A DNA stretch of 40,343 bases, from assembly GCF_003334355.1 (NCBI RefSeq), contig NZ_QOWP01000033.1; one strand, 5' to 3'. The position numbers were made by a program, and so were the translations under genes. Of this stretch, positions 10,203-20,734 are shown in pieces (the first letter of the stretch is position 1; each line of letters opens with the position of its first letter). The DNA is from Escherichia coli (GTDB taxonomy: Bacteria; Pseudomonadota; Gammaproteobacteria; Enterobacterales; Enterobacteriaceae). The notes under the pieces were generated by a model. It searched no databases, was not told the DNA's origin, and worked only from the letters and a program-made list of their open reading frames with translations.

Positions 10203-11744
10203 ATGCCTTATCTACTTGAAATGAAGAACATTACCAAAACCTTCGGCAGTGTGAAGGCGATTGATAACGTCTGCTTGCGGTTGAATGCTGGCGAAATCGT
10301 CTCACTTTGTGGGGAAAATGGGTCTGGTAAATCAACGCTGATGAAAGTGCTGTGTGGTATTTATCCCCATGGCTCCTACGAAGGCGAAATTATTTTTGCG
10401 GGAGAAGAGATTCAGGCGAGTCACATCCGCGATACCGAACGCAAAGGTATCGCCATCATTCATCAGGAATTGGCCCTGGTGAAAGAATTGACCGTGCTGG
10501 AAAATATCTTCCTGGGTAACGAAATAACCCACAATGGCATTATGGATTATGACCTGATGACGCTACGCTGTCAGAAGCTGCTCGCACAGGTCAGTTTATC
10601 CATTTCACCTGATACCCGCGTTGGCGATTTAGGGCTTGGGCAACAACAACTGGTTGAAATTGCCAAGGCACTTAATAAACAGGTGCGCTTGTTAATTCTC
10701 GATGAACCGACAGCCTCATTAACTGAGCAGGAAACGTCGGTTTTACTGGATATTATTCGCGATCTACAACAGCACGGTATCGCCTGTATTTATATTTCGC
10801 ACAAACTCAACGAAGTCAAAGCGATTTCCGATACGATTTGCGTTATTCGCGACGGACAGCACATTGGTACGCGTGATGCTGCCGGAATGAGTGAAGACGA
10901 TATTATCACCATGATGGTCGGGCGAGAGTTAACCGCGCTTTACCCTAATGAACCACATACCACCGGAGATGAAATATTACGTATTGAACATCTGACGGCA
11001 TGGCATCCGGTTAATCGTCATATTAAACGAGTTAATGATGTCTCGTTTTCCCTGAAACGTGGCGAAATATTGGGTATTGCCGGACTCGTTGGTGCCGGAC
11101 GTACCGAGACCATTCAGTGCCTGTTTGGTGTGTGGCCCGGACAATGGGAAGGAAAAATTTATATTGATGGCAAACAGGTAGATATTCGTAACTGTCAGCA
11201 AGCCATCGCCCAGGGGATTGCGATGGTCCCCGAAGACAGAAAGCGCGACGGCATCGTTCCGGTAATGGCGGTTGGTAAAAATATTACCCTCGCCGCACTC
11301 AATAAATTTACCGGTGGCATTAGCCAGCTTGATGACGCGGCAGAGCAAAAATGTATTCTGGAATCAATCCAGCAACTCAAAGTTAAAACGTCGTCCCCCG
11401 ACCTTGCTATTGGACGTTTGAGCGGCGGCAATCAGCAAAAAGCGATCCTCGCTCGCTGTCTGTTACTTAACCCGCGCATTCTCATTCTTGATGAACCCAC
11501 CAGGGGTATCGATATTGGCGCGAAATACGAGATCTACAAATTAATTAACCAACTCGTCCAGCAGGGTATTGCCGTTATTGTCATCTCTTCCGAATTACCT
11601 GAAGTGCTCGGCCTTAGCGATCGTGTACTGGTGATGCATGAAGGGAAACTAAAAGCCAACCTGATAAATCATAACCTGACTCAGGAGCAGGTGATGGAAG
11701 CCGCATTGAGGAGCGAACATCATGTCGAAAAGCAATCCGTCTGA
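10203..11744 (+). CDS. xylG: D-xylose ABC transporter ATPase (duplicated ABC domains)
   Basis: 513 aa; Walker [10 protein letters not shown] and ABC signature LSGGNQQK visible, with two ATPase halves. Confidence 0.96.
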
Positions 11745-12903
11745 AGTGAAATTGGCCGTACCGACATCCGGTGGCTTCTCCGGGCTGAAATCACTGAATT
11801 TGCAGGTCTTCGTGATGATTGCAGCTATCATCGCAATCATGCTGTTCTTTACCTGGACCACCGATGGTGCCTACTTAAGCGCCCGTAACGTCTCCAACCT
11901 GTTACGCCAGACCGCGATTACCGGCATCCTCGCGGTAGGAATGGTGTTCGTCATAATTTCTGCTGAAATCGACCTTTCCGTCGGCTCAATGATGGGGCTA
12001 TTAGGTGGCGTCGCGGCGATTTGTGACGTCTGGTTAGGCTGGCCTTTGCCACTTACCATCATTGTGACGTTGGTTCTGGGACTGCTTCTCGGTGCCTGGA
12101 ACGGATGGTGGGTCGCGTACCGCAAAGTCCCTTCATTTATTGTCACCCTCGCGGGCATGTTGGCATTTCGCGGCATACTCATTGGCATCACCAACGGCAC
12201 GACTGTTTCCCCCACCAGCGCCGCGATGTCACAAATTGGGCAAAGCTATCTACCTGCCAGCACTGGCTTCATCATTGGCGCGCTTGGCTTAATGGCTTTT
12301 GTTGGTTGGCAATGGCGCGGAAGAATGCGCCGTCAGGCTTTGGGTTTGCAGTCTCCGGCCTCTACCGCAGTAGTCGGTCGCCAGGCTTTAACCGCTATCA
12401 TCGTATTAGGCGCAATCTGGCTGTTGAATGATTACCGTGGCGTTCCCACTCCTGTTCTGCTGCTGACGTTGCTGTTACTCGGCGGAATGTTTATGGCAAC
12501 GCGGACGGCATTTGGACGACGCATTTATGCCATCGGCGGCAATCTGGAAGCAGCACGTCTCTCCGGGATTAACGTTGAACGCACCAAACTTGCCGTGTTC
12601 GCGATTAACGGATTAATGGTAGCCATCGCCGGATTAATCCTCAGTTCTCGACTTGGCGCTGGTTCACCTTCTGCGGGGAATATCGCCGAGCTGGACGCAA
12701 TTGCAGCATGCGTGATTGGCGGCACCAGCCTGGCTGGCGGTGTCGGGAGCGTGGCTGGAGCGGTAATGGGGGCATTTATCATGGCTTCACTGGATAACGG
12801 CATGAGTATGATGGATGTACCGACCTTCTGGCAGTATATCGTTAAAGGTGCGATTCTGTTGCTGGCAGTATGGATGGACTCCGCAACCAAACGCCGTTCT
12901 TGA
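11722..12903 (+). CDS. xylH: D-xylose ABC transporter permease
   Basis: 393-aa hydrophobic ORF overlapping the xylG 3' end by 23 nt. Confidence 0.95.
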
Positions 12904-12980
12904 TTTTGATAAAAATTTTCTCGAAGCCGGTAACGTATTACCGGTTTTGAGTTTTTGCATGATTCAGCAGGAAAAGAACC

Positions 12981-14159
12981 ATGTTTACTAAACGTCACCG
13001 CATCACATTACTGTTCAATGCCAATAAAGCCTATGACCGGCAGGTAGTAGAAGGCGTAGGGGAATATTTACAGGCGTCACAATCAGAATGGGATATTTTC
13101 ATTGAAGAAGATTTCCGCGCCCGCATTGATAAAATCAAGGACTGGTTAGGAGATGGCGTCATTGCCGACTTCGACGACAAACAAATCGAGCAAGCGCTGG
13201 CTGATGTCGACGTCCCCATTGTTGGGGTTGGCGGCTCGTATCACCTTGCAGAAAGTTACCCACCCGTTCATTACATTGCCACCGATAACTATGCGCTGGT
13301 TGAAAGCGCATTTTTGCATTTAAAAGAGAAAGGCGTTAACCGCTTTGCTTTTTATGGTCTTCCGGAATCAAGCGGCAAACGTTGGGCCACTGAGCGCGAA
13401 TATGCATTTCGTCAGCTTGTCGCCGAAGAAAAGTATCGCGGAGTGGTTTATCAGGGGTTAGAAACCGCGCCAGAGAACTGGCAACACGCGCAAAATCGGC
13501 TGGCAGACTGGCTACAAACGCTACCACCGCAAACCGGGATTATTGCCGTTACTGACGCCCGAGCGCGGCATATTCTGCAAGTATGTGAACATCTACATAT
13601 TCCCGTACCGGAAAAATTATGCGTGATTGGCATCGATAACGAAGAACTGACCCGCTATCTGTCGCGTGTCGCCCTTTCTTCGGTCGCTCAGGGCGCGCGG
13701 CAAATGGGCTATCAGGCGGCAAAACTGTTGCATCGATTATTAGATAAAGAAGAAATGCCGCTACAGCGAATTTTGGTCCCACCAGTTCGCGTCATTGAAC
13801 GGCGCTCAACAGATTATCGCTCGCTGACCGATCCCGCCGTTATTCAGGCCATGCATTACATTCGTAATCACGCCTGTAAAGGGATTAAAGTGGATCAGGT
13901 ACTGGATGCGGTCGGGATCTCGCGCTCCAATCTTGAGAAGCGTTTTAAAGAAGAGGTGGGTGAAACCATCCATGCAATGATTCATGCCGAGAAGCTGGAG
14001 AAAGCGCGCAGTCTGCTGATTTCAACCACCTTGTCGATCAATGAGATATCGCAAATGTGCGGTTATCCATCGCTGCAATATTTCTACTCTGTTTTTAAAA
14101 AAGCATATGACACGACGCCAAAAGAGTATCGCGATGTAAATAGCGAGGTCATGTTGTAG
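12981..14159 (+). CDS. xylR: Xylose operon activator, AraC/XylS family
   Basis: 392 aa; periplasmic-binding-protein-like N-terminal domain and C-terminal AraC-type HTH (…LSINEISQMCGYPSLQYFYSVFKK…). Confidence 0.95.
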   Translation: MFTKRHRITLLFNANKAYDRQVVEGVGEYLQASQSEWDIFIEEDFRARIDKIKDWLGDGVIADFDDKQIEQALADVDVPIVGVGGSYHLAESYPPVHYIATDNYALVESAFLHLKEKGVNRFAFYGLPESSGKRWATEREYAFRQLVAEEKYRGVVYQGLETAPENWQHAQNRLADWLQTLPPQTGIIAVTDARARHILQVCEHLHIPVPEKLCVIGIDNEELTRYLSRVALSSVAQGARQMGYQAAKLLHRLLDKEEMPLQRILVPPVRVIERRSTDYRSLTDPAVIQAMHYIRNHACKGIKVDQVLDAVGISRSNLEKRFKEEVGETIHAMIHAEKLEKARSLLISTTLSINEISQMCGYPSLQYFYSVFKKAYDTTPKEYRDVNSEVML

Positions 14160-14203
14160 CGATGATGAGAATTGTCGGCGTCACATCAGGTAACGCTGCG
14201 TGG

Positions 14204-14278
<75 letters not shown>

Positions 14279-14300
14279 TCGTAGCTCAACTGCCTGAGAC

Positions 14301-14340
14301 AAAGTAAAAAGCCTTATCCGACTGACAAGTCGGATAAGGC
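14301..14340 (-). terminator. Rho-independent terminator of bax
   Basis: Perfect 12-bp stem GCCTTATCCGAC (14311-14322) / GTCGGATAAGGC (14329-14340) with loop TGACAA; the A-run just below it on + gives a U-tract on the minus-strand transcript. Confidence 0.65.
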
Positions 14341-14354
14341 TCAAGGAAATGCAA

Positions 14355-15179
14355 TTACATATGCGCCGCGATTAACCGTTGGTTATCCTGGTACATTGCG
14401 AACAGGTAGTTGTTATAACTCTTCCCTTTGGTCGAGTAGCCCTTCAGCTTGTGAATCATCGCTGTGGCAGTCACTTCCTGATCCGCTTTACGCAGCTGCG
14501 CACGCGATTTACGGAACGAAGAGTAAGCCGGGTGCGTATTCAGGTTAGTGACATAGGCGCTCACCGATTCTTTGACAGAACTAAACTGTGAGTACCCTTT
14601 CACTTTACCTGGCGCATTGGTACAACGTCCTTTCATGCATTTCATGCCGAACAGGTTGTTGTTGTTGCGCGCCAGCTTCGACGTTCCCCAACCGCTTTCT
14701 GCTGCAGCCATCGTCGCCACCATACTGGTGGGGATAATGTCTACGCGTTCAAGCAAGGTATTCCACGGGATTTTTCGCGTATTACCGGACCACTTCACCT
14801 TGTAGCGTTTGGCGATGTCTTTCAGACGCGCACGCTCAGCAGGTGACCATTGGCCCTGATACTGTTTTGAAATGAGCCAGTTACGTTCCGCAGTAATGGC
14901 CGCATTTTGGCTGGTAATGTAAGGCATTACGGTCCGGAGAAACGCCTTTTTCCTTGGTGTTCCGGAAGGGTATTTTCGCAAATCAGGAAGTGAACTACTC
15001 TTTGCACTATTGCGAGAATACTCTTGTTTACTGCTTACCTGTTTATTACTAGCTTTAGTTAAGTGGGACTTTTGACTCGCTGTTGTTGTGTGCGTCTTCG
15101 CTAACACCTCACTCGAAAACACCAGAGTGAGTAACATAAGAATCATCGCCCCATATCGTCGTATGGGAGTCAAAATCAT
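14355..15179 (-). CDS. bax: Secreted putative glucosaminidase (Bax)
   Basis: 274 aa; N-terminal signal peptide (MILTPIRRYGAMILMLLTLVFSSEVLA), Ser/Lys-rich low-complexity linker, C-terminal globular domain. Confidence 0.85.
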   Translation of the reverse strand: MILTPIRRYGAMILMLLTLVFSSEVLAKTHTTTASQKSHLTKASNKQVSSKQEYSRNSAKSSSLPDLRKYPSGTPRKKAFLRTVMPYITSQNAAITAERNWLISKQYQGQWSPAERARLKDIAKRYKVKWSGNTRKIPWNTLLERVDIIPTSMVATMAAAESGWGTSKLARNNNNLFGMKCMKGRCTNAPGKVKGYSQFSSVKESVSAYVTNLNTHPAYSSFRKSRAQLRKADQEVTATAMIHKLKGYSTKGKSYNNYLFAMYQDNQRLIAAHM

Positions 15180-15399
15180 CAGGTCTCCTGGTCGGATTTA
15201 ATCATTCCAACACCTTATATTTTTCACAAATTTGAGAGTTGAATCTCAAATCATATCAAAAATAGCTGTCAAGAGCACCCCAAGGAATAGTCCAAATCTG
15301 AAACTATGTCACGTGTTAACGATTCAGATTGGCGCTAAATCGCAGAAAATGTGGGGGTTATCGCAAAATTCAGCCGTTTTTTGCGCGAGATCGCTCACC

Positions 15400-15440
15400 C
15401 TTGCTTCTCATCCTGTGGACTTACCGCTCAGGGATGAGTT
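15400..15440. promoter_or_regulatory. Candidate MalT-box region upstream of malS
   Basis: MalT-box-like hexamers: TCATCC at 15408-15413 (reverse orientation) and GGATGA at 15432-15437, 60-90 bp upstream of the malS ATG. malS is a known MalT-dependent gene. Confidence 0.3.
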
Positions 15441-15498
15441 TTGTTTGGCTTATCGCTGGCAAACTGTCTGAAATCGCAGCAATAAGGACTCATCCGCC

Positions 15499-17529
15499 AT
15501 GAAACTCGCCGCCTGTTTTCTGACACTCCTTCCTGGCTTCGCCGTTGCCGCCAGCTGGACTTCTCCGGGGTTTCCCGCCTTTAGCGAACAGGGGACAGGA
15601 ACATTTGTCAGCCACGCGCAGTTGCCCAAAGGTACGCGTCCACTAACGCTAAATTTTGACCAACAGTGCTGGCAGCCTGCGGATGCGATAAAACTCAATC
15701 AGATGCTTTCCCTGCAACCTTGTAGCAACACGCCGCCTCAATGGCGATTGTTCAGGGACGGCGAATATACGCTGCAAATAGACACCCGCTCCGGTACGCC
15801 AACATTGATGATTTCCATCCAGAACGCCGCCGAACCGGTAGCAAGCCTGGTCCGTGAATGCCCGAAATGGGATGGATTACCGCTCACAGTGGATGTCAGC
15901 GCCACTTTCCCGGAAGGAGCCGCCGTACGGGATTATTACAGCCAGCAAATTGCGATAGTGAAGAACGGTCAAATAATGTTACAACCCGCTGCCACCAGCA
16001 ACGGTTTACTCCTGCTGGAACGGGCAGAAACTGACACATCCGCCCCTTTCGACTGGCATAACGCCACGGTTTACTTTGTGCTGACAGATCGTTTCGAAAA
16101 CGGCGATCCCAGTAATGACCAGAGTTACGGACGTCATAAAGACGGTATGGCGGAAATTGGCACTTTTCACGGCGGCGATTTACGCGGCCTGACCAACAAA
16201 CTGGATTACCTCCAGCAGTTGGGCGTTAATGCTTTATGGATAAGCGCCCCATTTGAGCAAATTCACGGCTGGGTCGGCGGCGGTACAAAAGGCGATTTCC
16301 CGCATTATGCCTACCACGGTTATTACACACAGGACTGGACGAATCTTGATGCCAATATGGGCAACGAAGCCGATCTACGGACGCTGGTTGATAGCGCACA
16401 TCAGCGCGGTATTCGTATTCTCTTTGATGTCGTGATGAACCACACCGGCTATGCCACGCTGGCGGATATGCAGGAGTATCAGTTTGGCGCGTTATATCTT
16501 TCTGGTGACGAAGTGAAAAAATCGCTGGGTGAACGCTGGAGCGACTGGAAACCTGCCGCCGGGCAAACCTGGCATAGCTTTAACGATTACATTAATTTCA
16601 GCGACAAAACAGGCTGGGATAAATGGTGGGGAAAAAACTGGATCAGAACGGATATCGGCGATTACGACAATCCTGGATTCGACGATCTCACTATGTCGCT
16701 AGCCTTTTTGCCGGATATCAAAACCGAATCAACTACCGCTTCTGGTCTGCCGGTGTTCTATAAAAACAAAATGGATACCCACGCCAAAGCCATTGACGGC
16801 TATACGCCGCGCGATTACTTAACCCACTGGTTAAGTCAGTGGGTCCGCGACTATGGGATTGATGGTTTTCGGGTCGATACCGCCAAACATGTTGAGTTGC
16901 CCGCCTGGCAGCAACTGAAAACCGAAGCCAGCGCCGCGCTTCGCGAATGGAAAAAAGCTAACCCCGACAAAGCATTAGATGACAAACCTTTCTGGATGAC
17001 CGGTGAAGCCTGGGGCCACGGCGTGATGCAAAGTGACTACTATCGCCACGGCTTCGATGCGATGATCAATTTCGATTATCAGGAGCAGGCGGCGAAAGCA
17101 GTCGACTGTCTGGCGCAGATGGATACGACCTGGCAGCAAATGGCGGAGAAATTGCAGGGTTTCAACGTGTTGAGCTACCTCTCGTCGCATGATACCCGCC
17201 TGTTCCGTGAAGGGGGCGACAAAGCAGCAGAGTTATTACTATTAGCGCCAGGCGCGGTACAAATCTTTTATGGTGATGAATCCTCGCGTCCGTTCGGTCC
17301 TACAGGTTCTGATCCGCTGCAAGGTACACGTTCGGATATGAACTGGCAGGATGTTAGCGGTAAATCTGCCGCCAGCGTCGCGCACTGGCAGAAAATCAGC
17401 CAGTTCCGCGCCCGCCATCCCGCAATTGGCGCGGGCAAACAAACGACACTTTTGCTGAAGCAGGGCTACGGCTTTGTTCGTGAGCATGGCGACGATAAAG
17501 TGCTGGTCGTCTGGGCAGGGCAACAGTAA
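15499..17529 (+). CDS. malS: Periplasmic alpha-amylase (GH13)
   Basis: 676 aa; signal peptide MKLAACFLTLLPGFAVAA and GH13 catalytic region motif GFRVDTAKH. Confidence 0.96.
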   Translation: MKLAACFLTLLPGFAVAASWTSPGFPAFSEQGTGTFVSHAQLPKGTRPLTLNFDQQCWQPADAIKLNQMLSLQPCSNTPPQWRLFRDGEYTLQIDTRSGTPTLMISIQNAAEPVASLVRECPKWDGLPLTVDVSATFPEGAAVRDYYSQQIAIVKNGQIMLQPAATSNGLLLLERAETDTSAPFDWHNATVYFVLTDRFENGDPSNDQSYGRHKDGMAEIGTFHGGDLRGLTNKLDYLQQLGVNALWISAPFEQIHGWVGGGTKGDFPHYAYHGYYTQDWTNLDANMGNEADLRTLVDSAHQRGIRILFDVVMNHTGYATLADMQEYQFGALYLSGDEVKKSLGERWSDWKPAAGQTWHSFNDYINFSDKTGWDKWWGKNWIRTDIGDYDNPGFDDLTMSLAFLPDIKTESTTASGLPVFYKNKMDTHAKAIDGYTPRDYLTHWLSQWVRDYGIDGFRVDTAKHVELPAWQQLKTEASAALREWKKANPDKALDDKPFWMTGEAWGHGVMQSDYYRHGFDAMINFDYQEQAAKAVDCLAQMDTTWQQMAEKLQGFNVLSYLSSHDTRLFREGGDKAAELLLLAPGAVQIFYGDESSRPFGPTGSDPLQGTRSDMNWQDVSGKSAASVAHWQKISQFRARHPAIGAGKQTTLLLKQGYGFVREHGDDKVLVVWAGQQ

Positions 17530-17706
17530 CTTTTCCGGCTTCCCGTTCGTCAGTACCTCGGGAAGCCGCCAACCAGGATAAAATGTCAGCCCTAATCAGC
17601 GTTGCAGGATAAAGCACCGCTCACTCTTCAACAGACCGATTTGCACCCCAGCAAATGTAGCGTTATTGTTACCTTCCTTGCTACAGAGTTCGACAGATAT
17701 CCCGCT

Positions 17707-18960
17707 ATGACATTCTCCCTTTTTGGTGACAAATTTACCCGCCACTCCGGCATTACGCTGTTGATGGAAGATCTGAACGACGGTTTACGCACGCCTGGCG
17801 CGATTATGCTCGGCGGCGGTAATCCGGCGCAGATCCCGGAAATGCAGGACTACTTCCAGACGCTACTGACCGACATGCTGGAAAGTGGCAAAGCGACTGA
17901 TGCACTGTGTAACTACGACGGTCCACAGGGGAAAACGGAGCTACTCACACTGCTTGCCGGAATGCTGCGCGAGAAGTTGGGTTGGGATATCGAACCACAG
18001 AATATTGCACTAACAAACGGCAGCCAGAGCGCGTTTTTCTACTTATTTAACCTGTTTGCCGGACGCCGTGCCGATGGTCGGGTCAAAAAAGTGCTGTTCC
18101 CGCTTGCACCGGAATACATTGGCTATGCTGACGCCGGACTGGAAGAAGATCTGTTTGTCTCTGCGCGTCCGAATATTGAACTGCTGCCGGAAGGCCAGTT
18201 TAAATACCACGTCGATTTTGAGCATCTGCATATTGGCGAAGAAACCGGGATGATTTGCGTCTCCCGGCCGACGAATCCAACAGGCAATGTGATTACTGAC
18301 GAAGAGTTGCTGAAGCTTGACGCGCTGGCGAACCAACACGGCATTCCGCTGGTGATTGATAACGCTTATGGCGTCCCGTTCCCGGGTATCATCTTCAGTG
18401 AAGCGCGCCCGCTATGGAATCCGAATATCGTGCTGTGCATGAGTCTTTCCAAGCTGGGTCTACCTGGCTCCCGCTGCGGCATTATCATCGCCAATGAAAA
18501 AATCATCACCGCCATCACCAATATGAACGGCATTATCAGCCTGGCACCTGGCGGTATTGGTCCGGCGATGATGTGTGAAATGATTAAGCGTAACGATCTG
18601 CTGCGCCTGTCTGAAACAGTCATCAAACCGTTTTACTACCAGCGTGTTCAGGAAACTATCGCCATCATTCGCCGCTATTTACCGGAAAATCGCTGCCTGA
18701 TTCATAAACCGGAAGGAGCCATTTTCCTCTGGCTATGGTTTAAGGATTTGCCCATTACGACCGAGCAGCTCTATCAGCGCCTGAAAGCACGCGGCGTGCT
18801 GATGGTGCCGGGGCACAACTTCTTCCCAGGGCTGGATAAACCGTGGCCGCATACGCATCAATGTATGCGCATGAACTACGTACCAGAGCCGGAGAAAATT
18901 GAGGCGGGGGTGAAGATTCTGGCGGAAGAGATAGAAAGAGCCTGGGCTGAAAGTCACTAA
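17707..18960 (+). CDS. avtA: Valine--pyruvate aminotransferase
   Basis: ORF from 17602; the expected start MTFSLFGDKF gives 417 aa; class I aminotransferase with PLP-lysine motif SLSKLG. Confidence 0.93.
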   Translation: MTFSLFGDKFTRHSGITLLMEDLNDGLRTPGAIMLGGGNPAQIPEMQDYFQTLLTDMLESGKATDALCNYDGPQGKTELLTLLAGMLREKLGWDIEPQNIALTNGSQSAFFYLFNLFAGRRADGRVKKVLFPLAPEYIGYADAGLEEDLFVSARPNIELLPEGQFKYHVDFEHLHIGEETGMICVSRPTNPTGNVITDEELLKLDALANQHGIPLVIDNAYGVPFPGIIFSEARPLWNPNIVLCMSLSKLGLPGSRCGIIIANEKIITAITNMNGIISLAPGGIGPAMMCEMIKRNDLLRLSETVIKPFYYQRVQETIAIIRRYLPENRCLIHKPEGAIFLWLWFKDLPITTEQLYQRLKARGVLMVPGHNFFPGLDKPWPHTHQCMRMNYVPEPEKIEAGVKILAEEIERAWAESH

Positions 18961-18964
18961 AAAT

Positions 18965-19064
18965 TGCCTGATGCGCTACGCTTATCAGGCCTACATGATT
19001 TCTGCAATATATTGAATTTGGAAGAATTTGTAGGCCGGATAAGGCGTTTACGCCGCATCTGGCA
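18965..19064. repeat. BIME (pair of inverted REP units)
   Basis: TGCCTGATGCGCTACGCTTATCAGGCCTAC at 18965-18994 and GTAGGCCGGATAAGGCGTTTACGCCGCATCTGGCA at 19030-19064, in opposite orientations. Confidence 0.7.
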
Positions 19065-19110
19065 TAAACAAAGCGCACTGTTCCGGCGTTGAGAAACGCC
19101 GGAAAACGTT

Positions 19111-19584
19111 TCAAACAGGCTGCTGCCGTAGCCGATGCCGCTGCACTTTCTCGACATCCATGCACTGCAACGCCTTTGTCGGGCAGGCTTCAACACAGGC
19201 CGGTCCCGTCTCCCGATGCCAGCACAGATCGCACTTAATCGCCCTCGCCTTTTTGCGCGAAGAAACGACCTCCATCGCACCAAACGGGCAAGCCAGCATA
19301 CAGCTTTTACAGCCAATGCAACGTGTTTGTTCAACGAAAATATGCCCATGTTCGCGGCTTATCGCGTCAACAGGGCAGACATTCGCGCACGGTGCATCTT
19401 CACACTGATGACAGGCTACTGCCGTGGTCCAGCAGTGGTCTTTAATGACACGAATACGGGAAATAAACTCGTCTGGTGACAACGCAGCGCAATCCTGATT
19501 CTCATGATGCGACACTGCGCAAGCCACTTCACAGGTACGGCAACCGATACATTTCGTCGCATCCGCAATAATAAACCGGTTCAT
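19111..19584 (-). CDS. ysaA: 4Fe-4S polyferredoxin-like protein (HycB/HydN family)
   Basis: 157 aa (second Met of the ORF); four Cys clusters visible: CIGCRTCEVAC, CHQCEDAPCANVCP, CIGCKSCMLACP, CDLCWHRETGPACVEACP. Confidence 0.88.
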   Translation of the reverse strand: MNRFIIADATKCIGCRTCEVACAVSHHENQDCAALSPDEFISRIRVIKDHCWTTAVACHQCEDAPCANVCPVDAISREHGHIFVEQTRCIGCKSCMLACPFGAMEVVSSRKKARAIKCDLCWHRETGPACVEACPTKALQCMDVEKVQRHRLRQQPV

Positions 19585-19685
19585 GATCACTCCTTTGCAC
19601 TAAAACAGCAGAGTGCCAGAGAGCGCGTCCCTACTGCTTTGATCCAACGAAGGAAATGTTAAAGTTTTGGCACTTGTCCAATGCG

Positions 19686-20534
19686 TTATGTGATCGCGCC
19701 CAGGTCGTCCCTGACAGTAAATCCCAGTTCATTAGAAATAGCCTGCGCGGTTTCACGCAGTGGTTTCAGGAGATTTTTCTCCCCCACCTGTTTCAGACGT
19801 GATGTCGAAAGCGAAATCGACACGGCGTACGGCACCCGCCCATGAATATCAAACACCGGAACAGCAATACAGGAGACGCCGAGTTCGTTTTCTTCTCTGT
19901 CCATCGCCGCTCCGCTTTCACGAATGTGCGCCAGTTCGTCGAACATCGCGGGCAGCTCGGTAATGGTATTGCGGGTTAACGGCTGGATCTCATGCTGATG
20001 GCTTTCCCAGTATGACTTCACGTAGTCCGGGTGACCAAACGCCATGTAGATCTTGCCCATTGCGGAACAGTAGAGCGGCATATGCTGGCCAATATAGGCA
20101 CGGGTTCGCAGCATCCCGGTTGTCGGCTCCAGCTTATAAATCAAAATAGCGTGATCGTCTTCGCGGCTGGAGAAGTTAATGGTTTCACCAGTGGCGATGT
20201 TCAGTGCCTCAAGATGCGGAGCGGCGATATGAATGATATTCAGCGAAGACAGCGCCTTCTGCCCGACGGCAATAAATTTGGTGGTCAGGCGATAACTCCC
20301 TGCGGCAGGCGCGGTGGTCACATAGCCGCAGGACTGTAATCCCTGCAATAAGCGATGGACGGTACTCTTATTTAAACCAGCCAGCTCCGAAAGATGCGCC
20401 AACGGACAACCGTTTGGATAGTTGCTCAAAATCTCAATCAGCATCAACCCGCGAAACAGACTCTGGCTTCCGGCTGGACGCTCTTTTTCCTGCGCCATCT
20501 CGTTCTCTTTTTTTCCCATCACTTCTTTCCCCAT
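19686..20534 (-). CDS. yiaJ: IclR-family transcriptional repressor of the yiaK-sgbE operon
   Basis: 282 aa; N-terminal HTH (…LSELAGLNKSTVHRLLQGL…) and C-terminal IclR effector domain; divergent from yiaK. Confidence 0.93.
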   Translation of the reverse strand: MGKEVMGKKENEMAQEKERPAGSQSLFRGLMLIEILSNYPNGCPLAHLSELAGLNKSTVHRLLQGLQSCGYVTTAPAAGSYRLTTKFIAVGQKALSSLNIIHIAAPHLEALNIATGETINFSSREDDHAILIYKLEPTTGMLRTRAYIGQHMPLYCSAMGKIYMAFGHPDYVKSYWESHQHEIQPLTRNTITELPAMFDELAHIRESGAAMDREENELGVSCIAVPVFDIHGRVPYAVSISLSTSRLKQVGEKNLLKPLRETAQAISNELGFTVRDDLGAIT

Positions 20535-20559
20535 TTTGTCGCGTCCTGATGGTAGCGCA

Positions 20560-20581
20560 AAGTGTGCCGTAGTTCACGATC
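20560..20581. promoter_or_regulatory. Candidate CRP binding site in the yiaJ/yiaK divergent region
   Basis: TGTGC-N6-TCACG at 20563-20578, matching the TGTGA-N6-TCACA consensus at 8 of 10 positions. Confidence 0.4.
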
Positions 20582-20734
20582 TCGACAGATAATTTATAAC
20601 CAATTGATTTTTATGTCTTTTGAAATTCATCAATCAGATTGCTTTGTTAAAAAGTGATCGATATATTTGAAATCAAGTTTCGCATATTGAAATTTTAAGC
20701 CAAAAAAGCGATCAAAAAAACAAGGAAGCCTGGG

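Noticed and set aside
15490-15495. Third MalT-box-like hexamer (TCATCC) upstream of malS
   Set aside because: It overlaps the ribosome-binding region (AAGGACTCATCCGCCATG) only 4 nt from the ATG, too close to be an activator site.
17536-17569. 10-bp-stem hairpin (CGGCTTCCCG / CGGGAAGCCG) just after the malS stop
   Set aside because: No U-tract follows on either strand, so it is not called as an intrinsic terminator; it may be an mRNA-stabilising stem-loop or a Rho-dependent site.
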